DNA of 63,663 nucleotides, counting the filler, from Octopus bimaculoides (taxonomy: Eukaryota): NCBI RefSeq assembly GCF_001194135.2. It is 5 parts of 4 records of this genome, joined end to end, with 100 filler letters (N's around TTAATTAATTAA, not from the genome) between each part and the next. Parts side by side here need not be neighbours in the genome. Positions count along the whole stretch, not along the records: positions 1 to 22,921 come from NC_068989.1; 4 more parts are not named here. One strand, given 5' to 3'. The notes under the pieces are model-generated. The model ran no database searches. It saw only the letters and a list, made by a program, of their open reading frames with translations, and was not told the origin of the DNA. Positions 11,646 to 22,791 of this stretch are shown here, in pieces. A program made the position numbers and the translations under genes. Every line of letters begins with the position of its first letter. The first letter of the stretch is position 1.

Positions 11646-14600
11646 GTTTTATTCAGTCCCATGCGACTTGAAGTTTTGCAGGCTTCTTACAGAAACCTAG
11701 CTCATCTGGATCAGTTAATTGAATGGACAGATGCAGGACATCCAAGATAGCTACCAGAAGTTGGGATGCTATTGGTCAAAGTAGGTCACATGGTGCTGTT
11801 AGAAGTAAGATCAACTTTCCAATGACACCAGATGCATTAAAAAGAACTTCTTGGGCCATGTGACTGGACAGGAAGCTGGTGGCACTTTGCTGTCTGACCA
11901 GTCTTTGAAGGAATTGAGGGCCAGGGTTTATGGGTGTATGTGTGTATACCAGATGTATGAGTGCATAGACATGTCTGTCTGATACCTATGTATGTGTACC
12001 TGCTATACATGTGGTGGCAAGCATGCATATGTGTAAGCTAGCATGTGGGTGAGAGTTGATGGCATCAGCTCATTGGTGCATATGCGCTTGTTTGCTAGGG
12101 TGTGTGTATGTATGGGTGTGGATATTCACATGCAGAAATATGTAGCTGTATGTGTCACCCATTTTTTTTCCTTGTTGGAATGAGTCAGATGGAATTTCTT
12201 GAAGCAGATTTTCTAAAGCCTTTCATGTCACCGAACTTCTGGCAATAGTTTCCCATAGCTATCCATGTCTTTCACAGAACATTGAAAATGAACAACCTGG
12301 CCTACATGAGGTTGTGGAGACAATTGGTGACCAGCAGAGTAATAAATCTTGCCTCATAGACTGGTAGTTGTATTACCCAATACAAATGCTTCTAACAAGG
12401 TTCGAATCATTCTCTCTCAGCTCAGTAAACGAGGAGAGAGAGCAAAAGCCAACAAGGAATAAGGTGCTCAGGTACAACCATCACACAATGTCTAGGCAAG
12501 GGTTCATACACATGTACACACACATGCATACTAATGCTTCTTTAATTATTTAGACAGATATACATATAGATAGACAGATATACATATAGATAGACAGATA
12601 TACATATAGATAGACAGATAAAGTGACTGAGGTAGTCAGAGTGAGTAATAGGGTAGTTAAGCTAAGACAAGTCTTAGATAAATCAAGAGTTACATTTATC
12701 TCTACCTATGATACACAATCTGGACTGGTGGATGAACAGAAGGATCAATTTTACAAAGTTCTTTGACAGTGTGCCTTGAAGATAACAGTGATTTCATCAT
12801 CATGGCTGTTGACTCCAATAGATACATTGGGCCATATCCTGATGAATTCCAGAGGTGCACAAAGGTTACAACTTTGGTTCTCTTTGGTACTAGAAATGAA
12901 GAGGGAACAAAACTGCTAGCATTCTGTGATGCAAATGACTTGATGATCTCCAACACTAACTTCAGGGAGCCAGCCAGTCACCTAATCACCTATCAGTCTG
13001 GTGGGCACAAAAGCCAGATTGACTAAATTCTCACCAGAAAATAGGAAAGACAGAGGCTTGTAAATGCAGTCTTTCCCAAATGAAGAATGTACAACCCAAC
13101 ATAGGTTAGTGACTAGTGACTCCAGATTTAGAACTAGAAGGGCTCAGAGAAACAAACTAGTCTGGAAAAGGAAGATACAGAAGCTCAGAGATCCAGCAAT
13201 GAGTCAGAAATTCAGAGAAATTCTAATATATTTGTTTCTTCTCCACCACCTCCTCCATCAATAAACACCTACATACCAGTTCAGATACTGCAATACTCAA
13301 TGCTAGGCCATACTTTGATTGCTGGATTTTCACAAACTCCTAAAATAGAACAACAGTAAACATTAAAATATATGAGTGGTTGGCGTTAGGAAGGGCATCC
13401 AGCTGTAGAAACTCTGCCAAATCAGATTGGAGCCTGGTGTAGCCATCTGGTTTCACCAGTCCTCAGTCAAATCGTCCAACCCATGCTAGCATGGAAAGCG
13501 GACGTTAAACGATGATGATGATGATGATGATGATATATATGTGTATATATATATATATAATAATAATATTTACCAGATCTTATATATATATATATATATA
13601 TATATATNNNNNNNNNNNNNNNNNNNNNNNNNNNNNNNNNNNNNNNNNNNNNNNNNNNNNNNNNNNNNNNNNNNNNNNNNNNNNNNNNNNNNNNNNNNNN
13701 NNNNNNNNNNNNNNNNNNNNNNNNNNNNNNNNNNNNNNNNNNNNNNNNNNNNNNNNNNNNNNNNNNNNNNNNNTATATATATAGGGTCATCTCATAAATA
13801 ATGTGGCTTTTTTCAGTTGCATAAACTACCTGCATCAACTTGCTATAAAACCAGGTAGCAATTTTACCTTGTACTTATTCTTAGTGCAAGTTTTGAAGAG
13901 TACAGTTCGATTTTAACAGTTATTTTTTCAAAACTATAATGGAAGTGACAAAGGAACATATTCGGCATATTTTGCTATATGAGTTCAATAAAGGCAACAA
14001 CGCAACAGAAAGTGTGAAGGATATTAATGCAGTATATGGAGATTGGACAATAAGCATAAACCTGTGTCAACAGTGGTTCCCGAAATTCTGAACCAGAAAC
14101 TACAGCCTAGAAGACAAGCCTCATCCTGGACGATCTGTAGAGCTCAACAAGGACATCCTGCAAACACTGGTGAAGCAAAATCTCCCCGTAATTGTTGAAG
14201 AACTAGCAGAGAAGCTTGGATTTGGTCATTCAACCATTCATTGACATCTGTGTGCCATCAGAAAACAACCATTTTTGGTTTGAAGACAACAGGTGTTCTT
14301 CCATCAGGATAATGGTCGACCTCATACAGTAAGGATGACATTCCAAAGACTGGAGCAGTTTGAATGGGAAACGATGCCCCACTCACCATCTGATTATCAC
14401 TTATTCTGCTGTCTTCAAAATCATTTGGACGGAAAAAATTATGAATTCTGTAGACGAGGTCAGAACAGTACTGGAGGAGTATTTTTTGTCACAGACAAGT
14501 GAATTTTGGAAGAGCGACCTTGCAAGTCTACTAGATAGATGGAAGAGCAGTGTAGAAAATGAAGGAGAGCATATTTTAGGTTGAGAAAGAACTTTGTTTA

Positions 14601-14658
14601 TCTTAATTTTGAAAAATAAAAGAAGTAAAAAAAAATGCATTATTTATGGGATAACCCA

Positions 14659-14702
<44 letters not shown>

Positions 14703-17700
14703 AGAAAAGCAACAAAAATTCAATAGGTTATAGCAGTATGTACGTTTCGTACAAGCTCCATTTATTCATGTAGTGAGAACACTACATAGAATGTACAATG
14801 AAAATGTACTCCTCAGCTGCATAATGGAATTTCATTTTAGAAAGTCATATGTGTGTATGTATGTGTATGCATGTTTATATCATCCTCATCATCATCATCG
14901 AACCAGATGACCGCACCAGGCTCCAATCTCATCTGGCAGAGTTTCTATAGCTGTATATATGAATATATATATATAAATCATATTTATTCAAATAGCATTT
15001 GTAACTCAATGAGGGAACAGCCCAATAGCTGTCAAACTGTGTATACTAAGGTTTTGAAAGCAGAACATTCTACAACTAGAACATATTTTGATCCTAGATC
15101 AGCTTTATCATGCTTGACCTAAGACTAAACAACAACAGTAACAATAATAATTTGTAGAAATTAGAGGAAAATATATCATCATAATGTGTGTGTATGTGTG
15201 TGCGCACAGACTCGTGCGTACGTGCATGCATGCGTACATGCATGCGCGCGTGCATGTGTGTGTTCTAGAAAGACTAACAAGAAATCTGTGTCATACTGCA
15301 TCATTGATAGTTCAATATGTTCGTTCCTACATTCATTTCAATAATTCTTACATCACCATACAGTTGGAATCAGAAATATTGATATATATTTTAATATTTG
15401 TGCATGAAGATTACGTTGCTTCCAATATATTCTTTTAAGCTTAACTGTACATATATTTTAATAAACCTCTATCTCAGGATATCAAGCACTACGGTGACAT
15501 TAATATTCATGTATCATTAAGATAGAACTAATAGACAGAATCTTTTGAAAATCAGATAGATTGCTTTATGGTAATCATTCCAGCTGTCTGCACTCTGAAG
15601 TCATATTCTGCCGAGTCAACTTTGCCGTTCATCCTTTCATGGTCAATAAATAAAATACCAGTCCTATTCTGGAGTTGATTCTTCTCGTTTTCTAATCATT
15701 TCTTTTTCTGTGTGCCTTTTTCTATCCTTCTTGAAGAAATCAGCTGTAGTCAGACCTTCAGACAGATGGGTTCTGCCAGGTGAAACAAAAGCCCAAAGCA
15801 TATTGCAGATTATGACAGTACCCTTACAACTCCATGAAGAAGTTGAAAGCCCATGGCATAGCAAAATATCATTAGAATATAGCATTGCCTGCATTACAAG
15901 ATTTGATTTAATTAAATATGCATATGCACGTGTGTGTGCATGTGTGTGTGTGCATGTGTGTGAGTGTCTGTGTGTGTGTGCTTGTGTGTCTACATGCATG
16001 TGCCATTGTTATTGTTGTTTAACCCTGGACATTTAGATTGAACTGAGTTGAACTGAGCTCAAAGGCATTCTCACCTTGATGATCCATTTTTTAAAAAAAT
16101 ATGTAGGTCTACATTGTTATAAGGTGTTTCCCTTTTTCGTTGAAATATAAAATAGGATATGAGAAAATTTGACCATAATTTCTAGCAAGCCAGATGACCA
16201 TGTAAAAATATCTGTTATCTCAACTACTTGCGACGTTTCGTAGAAATTTCAATTTTAACTCTAATGACTACATACCATGTCCAAATAGGGAATACTGATA
16301 TTGAAATTCTTGTTGGTCTCTGCATTCCACACAGCCCGGATGTTTGTAATATACAAGAGACCTAGGTTACCCTGAAAGAAAAAATAAATAGCAATGATGA
16401 TAATGATAGTCATGATCATAATAATAATGGTTTCAAATTTTGGCACAAGGCCAGCAGTTTCATGGGCGGGAGTAAGCCAATTACATTGACCCCAGTATTC
16501 AACTGGTACTTACTTTATCAAACTCGAAAGGACAAAAGGCAAAGCTGACCTCAGCAGAATCTGAACACTGAATGTAAAGACAATCGAAATCTCACTAAGC
16601 ATTTTGCCCAATGTGCTAACAATTCTACCAGCTCACCACCTTAATAATAATAATAATAATAATTTCTACTATAGGCACAAGGCCTGGAATTTGGGGGACA
16701 GTATAAGCTAATTACACTGACCCCAATACTCAACTGGTCCTCATCTTATTGACCGTGAAAGGATGAAAGGCAAAGTCAACCGTGACAGAATCTGAACTCA
16801 GAAGGTAAACAGAGACAAAACATTTAGCATTTTGTCCAACATGCTAACGGTTCTTCTAGCTTGCCATCTTAATAATGATAATAATAATGATGATGATTTC
16901 TTTTCAGGGTGGAAGATGACTTTAGTTGCCAAACTTTGGTGTCTGGGGGTGCTTCAGAATATTCTGAGTGGGCACTAATTTGTAATAATGCTAAAGTGGA
17001 GTCACTAAAGTGGAGTAAACCTAAGAGTGCACCACTGAAGAGTGAGGGGGCAATACCATCCAGTGCACCCCCTTAGCGACAGGCATGCTCTGTAGTACTT
17101 ATTCACTGCTAAATGAACTGAGTCATTTAACTCCAAGACAGCCTAAATTATAGAAAACCTATACTGAAAGGCATTTCTAATCAGGACCATGCAGCTTATG
17201 TTTTTATCTCTATGATTACATTACCTGTGGAATGTCATTATTAAAGTAACAGAGTGGGATTTGAGAGGAATTTGGCTACTTTTATCCACCTGGATAAGTA
17301 TCCACAAAGAGGCTTTCCTCGTTCCCCTAACCCCTCAGTTGGTTATTCAAAGCCTCATTGACTCATTCACATGTATTTTTAGAGTATAAAAATAGAATAT
17401 AAATTACCCGATCACAACTTAAATTCCAAACGCCGTTTATTTTATCACAAATCTCTTCTTTTGGGAGAAGCATCAATTCATAATTCTGCATTAAATTAGT
17501 CCTCAATTTCAGCTCTCGGCATAAGGAAGATGATCTGAAGGCCCTGGTAATGAAACAAGAAGTGTATCAATCAAGCCTGTTATTTCAAACAATAAACAGA
17601 AATCCATACATATACATTTACAACTATATACTATTTCCTGTGTCTCTCCTCGTTTTTCTCCCTCACTCTTTACCACTTCCCCAACTCTGCGCAAAATACA

Positions 17701-20700
17701 TTGCCCAGTCCTTTCTCCACAGAAGTGCCCACCTCTAGAATTCTTTCTGCACCATTGATTATTCTGCAAACATCAACCAAAAATATTCAAGCTGAACAAC
17801 CATTGCATCAACTCTACATAGTTGTTTGACCAGCTGAAAATAATAGGTCAAATCTACAAATTTCAACCTACAATTTTGAAGAATGTATTCCTAGATACAC
17901 AAGGCCTGAATAAAGGATCGGCAGGCATGGCTGAAATACATTTGATTGTAGATATGTTCAATCAGGGCTAATCTGGGGCTTTGCACTCCATCGCTTACGA
18001 CGTTGAGGGTTCCAGTTGATCCGATCAACGGAACAGCCTGCTCGTGAAATTAACATGCAAGTGGCTGAGCACTCCACAGACACGTGTACCCTTAACATAG
18101 TTCTCGGGGATATTCAGCATGACACAGTGTGACAAGGCTGACCCTTTGAATTACAGGCACAACAGAAACAGGAAGTAAGAGAAGGTTGTGGTGGAAGAGT
18201 ACAGCAGGGTTTGCCACCATCCCCTGCCGGAGCCTCGTGGAGCTTTAGATGATTTTGCTCAATAAACACTCACAACGCCCAGTTCNNNNNNNNNNNNNNN
18301 NNNNNNNNNNNNNNNNNNNNNNNNNNNNNNNNNNNNNNNNNNNNNNNNNNNNNNNNNNNNNNNNNNNNNNNNNNNNNNNNNNNNNNNNNNNNNNNNNNNN
18401 NNNNNNNNNNNNNNNNNNNNNNNNNNNNNNNNNNNNNNNNNNNNNNNNNNNNNNNNNNNNNNNNNNNNNNNNNNNNNNNNNNNNNNNNNNNNNNNNNNNN
18501 NNNNNNNNNNNNNNNNNNNNNNNNNNNNNNNNNNNNNNNNNNNNNNNNNNNNNNNNNNNNNNNNNNNNNNNNNNNNNNNNNNNNNNNNNNNNNNNNNNNN
18601 NNNNNNNNNNNNNNNNNNNNNNNNNNNNNNNNNNNNNNNNNNNNNNNNNNNNNGCTATTTTTGGTGTCTGGGGGTGCTTCAGAATATTCTGAGTGGGCAC
18701 TAATTTGTAATAATGCTAAAGTGGAGTCACTAAAGTGGAGTAAACCTAAGAGTGCACCACTGAAGAGTGAGTGGGGGGGGGGCAATACCATCCAGTGCAC
18801 CCCCTTAGCGACGGGCATGCTCTGTAGTACTTATTCACTGCTAAATGACCTGAGTCATTTAACATTTCAGTGTTATTCTTTTATTCTTTTACTTGTTTCA
18901 GTCATTTGACTGTGGCCATGCTGGAGCACCACCTTTAGTCAGACAAATTGCCTCCCGGGACTTATTCTTTGTAAGCTTAGTACTTATTCTATCGGTTTCT
19001 TTTGCCAAACTCCTAAGTTACAGGGACGTAAATACGTCCCTGTAACTTAGGACGTGTTTACACGTCCTAAGTGCAAACACTTAGGACGTGTTTACACTTC
19101 CTATGTGAAAACACGTCTCTTGCTAAGCCACTTAATAGTACTTGCTCAGTCAATCTGGCTAAGAAACAGGTTACAAACAACCTTTATTAGCCACTTAGCT
19201 GTTGGGAACAGATAGCGGGTTTTGTAGGAATATTCCCTGGGACAGACTGTCATCATTAGATGATGTCATAATATTAGAGGTCTTTCATTTCACAAACTTT
19301 TAATTAGTTAATTAGTTACAGTTTATTTAACTGATGAGCATAAGGACCAGATCATCTGGGAATGTCATCTATGATAGAATGGTATCCTATCCAGGGAGAT
19401 GTTTAGCTCAACATCTACTTCATACCACTAAAACCAAAATAAAGCACTGGATCTCAAAACCTTCTGGAGGAAGTTTGAAGAAAAAGAAAGGATGTGAATT
19501 CCATAAACCCATCATATACTATTTAAAAATTACTTCTTTCGGAACAAGTCAACCTGTAAGAATCATATCTCCAAAAGGATTTGAACTCAGAGAAGCAAGC
19601 AAAGAAGACATGATTAAATTATACTTTACCATTTGCTGCTTATGTTGATGGATTTGTTCCCAGGTTGCTATGGTATGTATTTGTAGCAAGGTAAAATGAA
19701 CAAGCGTGAGTTAACTTGGCTTGTGCATAACCACAATGCAGAGCTGGTGATGGGATGGGATACACACAATGATGAATATTTAGCCAATAGCCTAATGACC
19801 TGTTGACCCAATTGGGTAAAAACAGCAAACTGAAGATAGCTAGAAAAACAGCAAACAAAAAAAGGCACTCTTACCTGTACACAGCATTCAGGGAAGACAG
19901 CATTCGAGGAAACTGGGTTTGCTGCAAATTCAAGATTTATTTACAATTAAGTGATTGATAATGACTGAAAAGAAAGGTGTGTAATGAGTTTGTTTCATGA
20001 CTGACAATCATTCCCGGATCAAAGGCAACTATCCTTTTAAGTGATCATTAATATGAAGCATTTATTTACACATGGAAGCAAGAACTGAACATACTGCAAC
20101 CTAATGTGATGTAGTCTATAAAGTATCATAGTTTAATATTATTTAAGAAAGTGATGGATGAAGAAATAGTCAAATGTTATATCCCTCAATGTTTTGACTC
20201 AAAGTCCCACTAAGCTAAACTTTTCCTTTTATCCCTTTGTAATTAATGAAATAGGTACTATAACTTATGTACACAAGTTGGTGGAATTGATTAAGATCTT
20301 CCACACACATTCACCCTTGTGAATATGTGACTTCATGCCAGAGTAAAAAATCACTACTATGCTTATATCTTTCTTTTATATACCCATGAAACTTCCACTA
20401 ATCAGATATAAAATCTTTTATTTTACATAATGTAAGTCAGTGTAAGGAATTTCCATCAGTTAAGTAAAGTACTTCAGACATGTTTCAAATGAAAATATTT
20501 GTCAGCTAACAGACATCTCACCGCATGTAGTACATAAAGATGCAATCATGAATTTTGTCTGTGTAATCAAATGTGATCTCAAAGTTACTATCAAACATCC
20601 AATAATATTAACATGAGCATCAGACAGACCAGTAAGCAGAACAACATGCCCAGTATGCAACATTACATACAATTAAGCATTTCATATTTGAATTTGCAAT

Positions 20701-21469
20701 ATGGTTAGTCCTCAATAAATCAGATGAAGAGCATATCCAGAGCTATGGATTTGTGAATCATGCTTAAACATAAAGCTGACTGCAGATGCATCTAAGATCA
20801 ACTCAAGCAAAGCAAATGTGACAGCAACACAACAACAACAACAGCAGGATTAACTAAATCATCAACAAATTTTCAACATCACTAAGAAAAATTACTAAAG
20901 AAATAAAACAGGACACAATAATACCACATATAACTTACATTGGTCGTGAAGATAAACTGAAAGCGGTTTTTATCTTTAGCATAAATTACCAAGGATTCTG
21001 AGGTTCCAAAATGTATCTGAATGAAGAAGGAAAAAAAAAGGATAAGAGTGAGGTTTTGTGAATGCTGCATAATATTTTAATTAAAATGTGTGATGACACA
21101 GGGTAGGAGAGATGTAAAGACACCAAATTTTGGTTTTAGTATACTTTTTTCTGGGATGGATTTATTCGTACTTACTAATAAGGAAATATACACTTAGTAC
21201 TCTCTGTAAAGTGGATGATGCATGAACAGACACAATGCATACAATGGGCTTCTTTCAGTTTCTCTACCAAATCCACTCACTCACAAAGCTTTAATCAGCA
21301 TAGGGCTATAGTAGAAGATACTTACCCAAAGTGCCACATAGTGGGACTGAACCTAGAAGCATGTGGATGGGAAACAAGTTTATTTATATCTAGAATTAAA
21401 GAAAAACATATCTACTCACTGAACGCTTTGTTGATGTTTCTATTGTCATGAAGCACTGGAAGCCAATGG
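5539..21469 (-). CDS. BBS5: BBS5-like gene (Bardet-Biedl syndrome 5 homolog), nine coding exons, 5' exons missing from view
   Basis: Spliced translation: [17 protein letters not shown]/[254 protein letters not shown]. It is colinear with BBS5 hallmark motifs ([45 protein letters not shown]). All junctions are GT-AG with compatible phases. Confidence 0.95.
6803..6883 (-). CDS. BBS5: BBS5-like exon (human exon 10 equivalent), 81 nt, strongly diverged
   Basis: ctcttgccag|TTT TCT GAC...GCC TTT GCT|gtacgt; ends DAFA (BBS5 DAFV); phase 0-0 fits its neighbours. Confidence 0.82.
7274..7287. promoter_or_regulatory. RFX X-box motif in a BBS5-like intron
   Basis: GTTATCATGGTAAC matches GTHNYYATRRNAAC exactly, within the near-palindrome tctgttatcatggtaacaga. 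Confidence 0.5.
7998..8402 (+). mobile_element. tRNA-derived SINE, family B (full length)
   Basis: gcaggagtggctgtgtggtaag head, ggttcattccc B box, internal microsatellite, tail ...tgactgaaacaagtaaaagag; at least 9 full or partial copies in the window. Confidence 0.88.
8410..8760. mobile_element. Two degenerate family-C SINE copies in inverted (head-to-head) orientation
   Basis: ggatttgaactcagaacataa (about 8534-8554) is the reverse complement of ttatgttctgagttcaaatcc (about 8613-8633); both arms continue with the family-C body. Confidence 0.65.
8937..9071 (-). CDS. BBS5: BBS5-like exon (human exon 9 equivalent), 135 nt
   Basis: ttgcag|AGT GGT GGA TAC...TCA AAG|gtaata; [16 protein letters not shown]...PNFGV. 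Confidence 0.95.
9226..10185 (+). mobile_element. Tx1/L1-clade LINE 3' fragment (zf-RVT, C-terminus, 3' UTR), pseudogenised
   Basis: Plus frames give [10 protein letters not shown]...[28 protein letters not shown] and [26 protein letters not shown]; flanked on both sides by (ATT)n. Confidence 0.8.
10350..10905 (+). mobile_element. Non-autonomous Helitron-like element (3' CTAG end)
   Basis: Ends ...ccataggatattcatgggtcccaCTAG|t; homologous (inverted) to 55221-55890. Confidence 0.55.
10985..11625. mobile_element. Interspersed repeat family F (SINE-like)
   Basis: Shares ttttgtcttgg...gctacagcaaatattctgct...gtgcatctctgatca with 31197-31600. Confidence 0.65.
12650..13230 (+). mobile_element. RTE-clade LINE fragment, APE endonuclease region
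   Basis: [47 protein letters not shown] and [10 protein letters not shown] motifs; frameshifts and stops. Confidence 0.85.
13277..13339 (-). CDS. BBS5: BBS5-like exon (human exon 8 equivalent), 63 nt
   Basis: ctattttag|GAG TTT GTG AAA ATC...GAA CTG|gtatgt; [11 protein letters not shown] aligns with KIRDSKFGLAL. Confidence 0.92.
13374..13530 (+). mobile_element. SINE family E 3' part with (GAT)n tail
   Basis: gagtggttggcgttaggaagggcatccagctgtagaaac...ggacgttaaacgatgatg; same as 56413-56557. Confidence 0.75.
13782..14659 (+). mobile_element. Mariner transposon, internally deleted and pseudogenised
   Basis: TIRs tagggtcatctcataaataatg and cattatttatgggataacccag within TA runs; [25 protein letters not shown]..., [17 protein letters not shown] motifs. 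Confidence 0.9.
16276..16371 (-). CDS. BBS5: BBS5-like exon (human exon 7 equivalent), 96 nt
   Basis: tttcag|GGT AAC CTA GGT...GAC ATG|gtatgt; [32 protein letters not shown]. Confidence 0.95.
16430..16870 (-). mobile_element. Two tandem degenerate family-C SINE copies
   Basis: Twice repeated ggcacaagg...cattgaccccag...aaaggcaaag...ctgaac...gctaac. Confidence 0.65.
16935..17131 (+). repeat. About 200-bp segment duplicated at 18660-18863
   Basis: Near-identical direct copies (tttggtgtctgggggtgc...gagtcatttaac), differing mainly in a G-run length and two substitutions. Confidence 0.85.
17408..17543 (-). CDS. BBS5: BBS5-like exon (human exon 6 equivalent), 136 nt
   Basis: ttaccag|G GCC TTC...GAT CGG|gtaatt; contains [20 protein letters not shown]. 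Confidence 0.95.
17983..18285 (-). mobile_element. SINE family A copy (head lost in gap)
   Basis: Reverse complement of 3740-4040. Confidence 0.85.
18875..19030 (-). mobile_element. SINE family B 3' fragment ending in snap-back palindromes
   Basis: Family-B tail followed by serial hairpins at 19011-19097. Confidence 0.8.
19875..19921 (-). CDS. BBS5: BBS5-like exon (3' part of human exon 5), 47 nt
   Basis: tttgcag|CAA ACC CAG TTT CCT CGA...TAC AG|gtaaga; [12 protein letters not shown] aligns with PRLFTSVMAVHR. Confidence 0.88.
20939..21016 (-). CDS. BBS5: BBS5-like exon (5' part of human exon 5), 78 nt
   Basis: ttcattcag|ATA CAT TTT GGA...ACC AAT|gtaagt; contains RFQFIFT (BBS5 RFEFIFT). Confidence 0.9.
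21420..21469 (-). CDS. BBS5: BBS5-like exon (equivalent to human exon 4), 50 nt
   Basis: cattcctag|CC ATT GGC TTC CAG TGC...CGT TCA|gtgagt; [16 protein letters not shown] aligns with VGYNCILNITTRTANS. Confidence 0.88.
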
Positions 21470-21825
21470 CTAGGAATGATAAAATATTTCATATTGTTAG
21501 CAATAACATCAATGACAACAACACCAACAGCAACATCAACACCCAACAAACCAGCAAGAGAGCCTCAACCTGGCTTCTTAGCCTACTAAAAATAACAGCC
21601 AAATCTATCTCCCTCAAATCACACTCTTCCATCTTAAGAAAGAAGAGTACATTGGATAGTGCAGTGTTAGGTACACTGAACTGATGATGAACAAAGCTAG
21701 ATTACCTTTGATCGTGGGTCCACTTGGTTAGAAGTGACCTGAGGTTAAACAACTAACAACAAAAGCAATATTTTAAACCTCACATTCATTACCTTCCTTA
21801 CTACATCAGGATTTGTTTTTGTTAT

Positions 21826-22057
21826 TTATTTCTTTATTGCCCACAAGGGGCTAAACATAGAGGGGACAAACAAGGACAGACAAAGGGATTAAGTCGATTA
21901 CATCAACCCCAGTGTGTAACTGGTACTTATTTAATCGACCCCGAAAGGATGAAAGACTAAGTTGACCTCAGCGGAATTTGAACTCAGAACGTAGTGGCAG
22001 ACGAAATACTGTTAAGCATTTCACCCGGCGTGCTAACGTTTCTGCCAGCTCACCGCC
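21826..22057 (-). mobile_element. tRNA-derived SINE family C (full length)
   Basis: Head ggcggtgagctggcagaaacgttagc, B box gagttcaaattcc, tail ...gggcaataaagaaataa. Confidence 0.85.
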
Positions 22058-22279
22058 TTTGTTGTTCTTATTGTTGTTGTTGTTACTTAGCCCCAGGTTA
22101 TCCTTCATTGAGCAGACTTATGAGCAAAGGTGTTCCACCTGTAACCATTCCATTTTCCCCAGCACACTTATGGTCTTATGCACACATTAGAAATCAAAGA
22201 AATTCTGAAAAATGTAAGAAGTCGTTATTATCGTTGTTGTTGTCAACTTGGCCTTTTGAGGTTGATTAAATAAGTCAAG

Positions 22280-22791
22280 GTGGAGGCGCGTGGCTTAGTG
22301 GTTAGGGTGTCAGCACCATGATCATAAGATTGTGGTTTCGATTCGTGGACCGGGCGACGCGTTGTGTTCTTGAGCAAAACACTTCAGTTCACGTTGCTCC
22401 AGTCCACTCAGTGGCAAAAATGAGTAACGCTGCGATGGACTGGCATCCCGTCCAGTTGGGAAACACATACGCCATTGAAACCGGGAAACTGGGCCCATTA
22501 GCCTGGCTAGGCTTTAAAAGGGTGCATATATAGTGGAGGCATCTGGCTTAGTGGTTAGGGTGTCAGCATCATGATCGTAAGAGTGTGGTTTCGATTCCTG
22601 GACCGGGCGACGCGTTGTGTTCTTGAGCAAAACACTTCATTTCACGTTGCTCCAGTCCACTCAGCTGGCAAAAATTAGTAACACTGCGATGGACTGGTGT
22701 CCCGTCCAGCTGGGGAACACATACGCCATTGAAACCGGGAAACCAGGCCCATGAGCCTGGCTAGGCTTTAAAAGGGCGCATTTATTTTTAT
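22280..22791 (+). mobile_element. Head-to-tail dimer of a tRNA-derived SINE (family D, with CORE-like and V-domain-like segments) inside one TSD
   Basis: Two about 250-bp units (22282-22530, 22535-22790); ttaaataagtcaag at 22266-22279 and 22792-22805; gcgatggactggc/tgtcccgtccag resembles the V-SINE domain. Confidence 0.85.

Noticed and set aside
15040-15118. Candidate BBS5 exon 8 ([24 protein letters not shown])
   Set aside because: It aligns to a recurring interspersed repeat (cf. 6125-6200, 22085-22150, 51095-51170), and the true 63-nt exon is at 13277-13339.
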